Origin: an uncultured Verrucomicrobiae bacterium | Lineage (GTDB): Bacteria; Verrucomicrobiota; Verrucomicrobiia; Chthoniobacterales; UBA10450 | DNA: 64,000 nt | Assembly (NCBI GenBank): GCA_963735805.1 | Contig: CAVTMK010000003.1 | Span: 384,001-448,000, forward strand | Direction: 5' to 3' | In this document: in pieces, positions 61,716 through 64,000 of the stretch | How the letters are laid out: each line of letters starts with the position of its first letter | Position numbering within the stretch: position 1 is the first letter of the stretch | Translations under genes and position numbers: made by a program | Notes under the pieces: model-generated | The model's input: only the letters and a program-made list of their open reading frames with translations | Database searches by the model: none | Told to the model about the DNA's origin: nothing

Positions 61716-61979
61716 ATGCTTCACCTCATCTGGTATGTCTTTGTCGGGTTCCTCGTAGGTTGTGTCGCCAAGGCGCTCATGCATATGCATCTATCGATCA
61801 CATGGACAGTCGTGCTCGGTATGGTCGGCTCGATCGTCGGCGGCGCCGTGACCCACCTATTTTATCCGCCCAGCACCGGAGGCAAATTTCATCTTGGCGG
61901 ACTAATCGTATCCATCATTGGAGCGATTCTGGTTTTGTACATCTGGCACAAATTCCGTCTGCAAATCCCTCGCGGATAA
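61716..61979 (+). CDS. GlsB/YeaQ/YmgE family small membrane protein
   Basis: Three TM helices, LGMVGSIVGG, SIIGAILVL. Confidence 0.88.
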   Translation: MLHLIWYVFVGFLVGCVAKALMHMHLSITWTVVLGMVGSIVGGAVTHLFYPPSTGGKFHLGGLIVSIIGAILVLYIWHKFRLQIPRG

Positions 61980-62135
61980 CTAATCTGTGCTGGAACTCGT
62001 TTTTATTGGGAGGGACGGGCCGCCGGGACGTCCGTACGCGTTCGGCGGTCAAAGCAACACGGAATTCCTCAACTGAATTGACTTGGACCAGTTCAACTCT
62101 AGTTTTGAAAAGCGCTCGCTCGCGCTTTCCGAATT

Positions 62136-63941
62136 GTGAAAAGCGTCCTCTTTGTCTGCACAGGTAATATCTGCCGCAGCCCAATTGCGGAAGGGCTTTT
62201 GCGTCGTCTGGTGGGCAACCGAAAGGACATCGAAGTTGTTTCGGCCGGAGTTCACGCGGTGCGCGGCCAACCACCAAGCCTTTATGCGGTTGAAGTTTGC
62301 ACGGAGGTAGGTGTCGACATCAGCAATCTGCGTAGTCAACCACTTACTCCCGCCCTGGTGGATGGAGCCACACATATTTTTGCCATGACTGGCGCTCACC
62401 TCGAGACAATTCAAACCTTGTTTCCTCGAGGCGCCGAAAAATCGTTTTTGCTTCGCGAATTTGAAGAGCCGGGCACGACGGTATGGCGCGACGTTCCCGA
62501 TCCGATTGGCCTTGGCCGCGAGGTGTACGAACAGTGCGCACGCATTATTCAGAATGCTCTCCCTAGCGTGCTCGCATTCGTCGAGCAGGGCGAACTGGTG
62601 CGGCCTGGTGCCAAGCGGGCGCGCGAGTTATCTTCTTATCCGATGGATCATCTTCCTCACCACATGGAGACTGGATTGACCGGTTCGAAACCTCAGCCCC
62701 GTTATGGTGACGCTTTGCGTAAGGTCGATCCGGAAATCTTCGATGCGGTCATGGCGGAGGAAAAACGTCAGCGCGAAAACATCGAATTGATTGCGTCGGA
62801 AAATTTCACCAGTCGGGCAGTCATGGAAGCGCAGGGCAGTGTGCTGACGAACAAATATGCCGAGGGCTATCCTCGAAAGCGCTGGTATGGCGGCTGTGAG
62901 AATGTCGATATTGCCGAACAGCTGGCGATTGATCGCGCAAAACGACTCTTTAGCTGCGAACACGTGAATGTGCAGCCGCACAGCGGCGCGCAGGCGAACA
63001 TGGCGGTCTATTTCGCCATGCTCAAACCGGGCGACAAGATTCTGGCCATGAATCTGGCGCACGGCGGACACCTCACTCATGGGCATCCGGCGAATTTTTC
63101 CGGAAAGTTCTACGCTGTCTCGCAGTACGGCGTTAGCGAGAAGACCGAGCAAATCGATTACGACGCGTTGCAAAATCAAGCCGAAGAGGTCCGCCCGGCA
63201 ATGATCACTGCCGGTGCGTCAGCTTATCCGCGTATTATTGATTTTCCGCGACTGCGTCAAATCGCGGATTCGGTTGGCGCGGTGTTGTTCATCGACATGG
63301 CACACATCGCAGGCCTTGTGGCAGGCGGCCAGCATCCCAGTCCGATTTCACATGCACAATTTGTTACCACCACCACGCACAAGAGCCTGCGCGGCCCGCG
63401 TGGCGGCATCGTCATGTGCGAAGAGAAATTCGCCAAGCAGATCGATGCCACCGTTTTCCCAGGTGTGCAGGGCGGCCCGCTCATGCATGTGATCGCGGCG
63501 AAAGCGGTTTGCTTTCATGAAGCGCTCCAACCGCAGTTCCGTGAATATCAACGGCAGATTGTCCTGAATGCCAAGGCGCTTGCCGCCGGCTTGGCCAAAC
63601 ATGGTTACCGAATCGTCTCAGGCGGCACCGATAATCATTTGATGCTTGTCGATCTTCGCCCGAAGGACATTAACGGCAAGGAAGCACAGGAAGTTCTCGA
63701 TCGGGCCGGCATCACCGTAAACAAAAATGGCATCCCATTCGATACCTATCCAATTTTCAAGCCGGGTGGCATCCGCATCGGCACGCCAGCCGTCACAACG
63801 CGGGGCATGAAAGAAGAGGAAATGTTGGAGATCGCGGACCTGCTCGCTGAAGCGCTGGAGAATCGCACTGATGCTGAAGCGCTGGAGAAAATACATCGAA
63901 GAGTTCTCGACTTAACGAGAAGATTTCCGTTGCCAATTTGA
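62136..63941 (+). CDS. glyA: Low-molecular-weight protein phosphatase fused to serine hydroxymethyltransferase
   Basis: [10 protein letters not shown] and DVPDP in the N-domain; [29 protein letters not shown] in the C-domain; one uninterrupted ORF. Confidence 0.92.
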   Translation: MKSVLFVCTGNICRSPIAEGLLRRLVGNRKDIEVVSAGVHAVRGQPPSLYAVEVCTEVGVDISNLRSQPLTPALVDGATHIFAMTGAHLETIQTLFPRGAEKSFLLREFEEPGTTVWRDVPDPIGLGREVYEQCARIIQNALPSVLAFVEQGELVRPGAKRARELSSYPMDHLPHHMETGLTGSKPQPRYGDALRKVDPEIFDAVMAEEKRQRENIELIASENFTSRAVMEAQGSVLTNKYAEGYPRKRWYGGCENVDIAEQLAIDRAKRLFSCEHVNVQPHSGAQANMAVYFAMLKPGDKILAMNLAHGGHLTHGHPANFSGKFYAVSQYGVSEKTEQIDYDALQNQAEEVRPAMITAGASAYPRIIDFPRLRQIADSVGAVLFIDMAHIAGLVAGGQHPSPISHAQFVTTTTHKSLRGPRGGIVMCEEKFAKQIDATVFPGVQGGPLMHVIAAKAVCFHEALQPQFREYQRQIVLNAKALAAGLAKHGYRIVSGGTDNHLMLVDLRPKDINGKEAQEVLDRAGITVNKNGIPFDTYPIFKPGGIRIGTPAVTTRGMKEEEMLEIADLLAEALENRTDAEALEKIHRRVLDLTRRFPLPI

Positions 63942-64000
63942 TCCGTGGCCACTTCGCTGTGCGAAGCGGTCGGCGCAATTACATCTATCCGCCGAACTTT

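Overview
Bacterial chromosomal segment. Gene content suggests a soil Verrucomicrobiota (Chthoniobacterales / Ca. Udaeobacter-like), which is an inference. The backbone carries a Pup/UBact ligase-like gene, tRNA-Arg(ACG), thiE, an incomplete type II secretion/pseudopilin cluster, pssA/psd, gyrB-[sulfotransferase]-gyrA, tRNA-Leu(TAA), leucine-catabolism genes, an lpxL-like gene and an LMW phosphatase-glyA fusion. Two accessory blocks stand out. (1) At ~36-49 kb next to tRNA-Leu, a cluster encodes cell-wall enzymes (amidase+DPBB, L,D-transpeptidase, variant M23), a papain protease, a DUF900 hydrolase, two paralogous Fam20C/PI4K-like atypical kinases, a beta-propeller and two small lipoproteins. 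Three of these unrelated enzymes share one 84-aa peptidoglycan-binding-like module, and none of the enzymes has a signal peptide. This is the best candidate for an undescribed system. (2) At 53.4-59.2 kb lie four tandem secreted repeat proteins with S74 autocleaving chaperone domains. All calls come from motif recognition by eye; no database searches were run.
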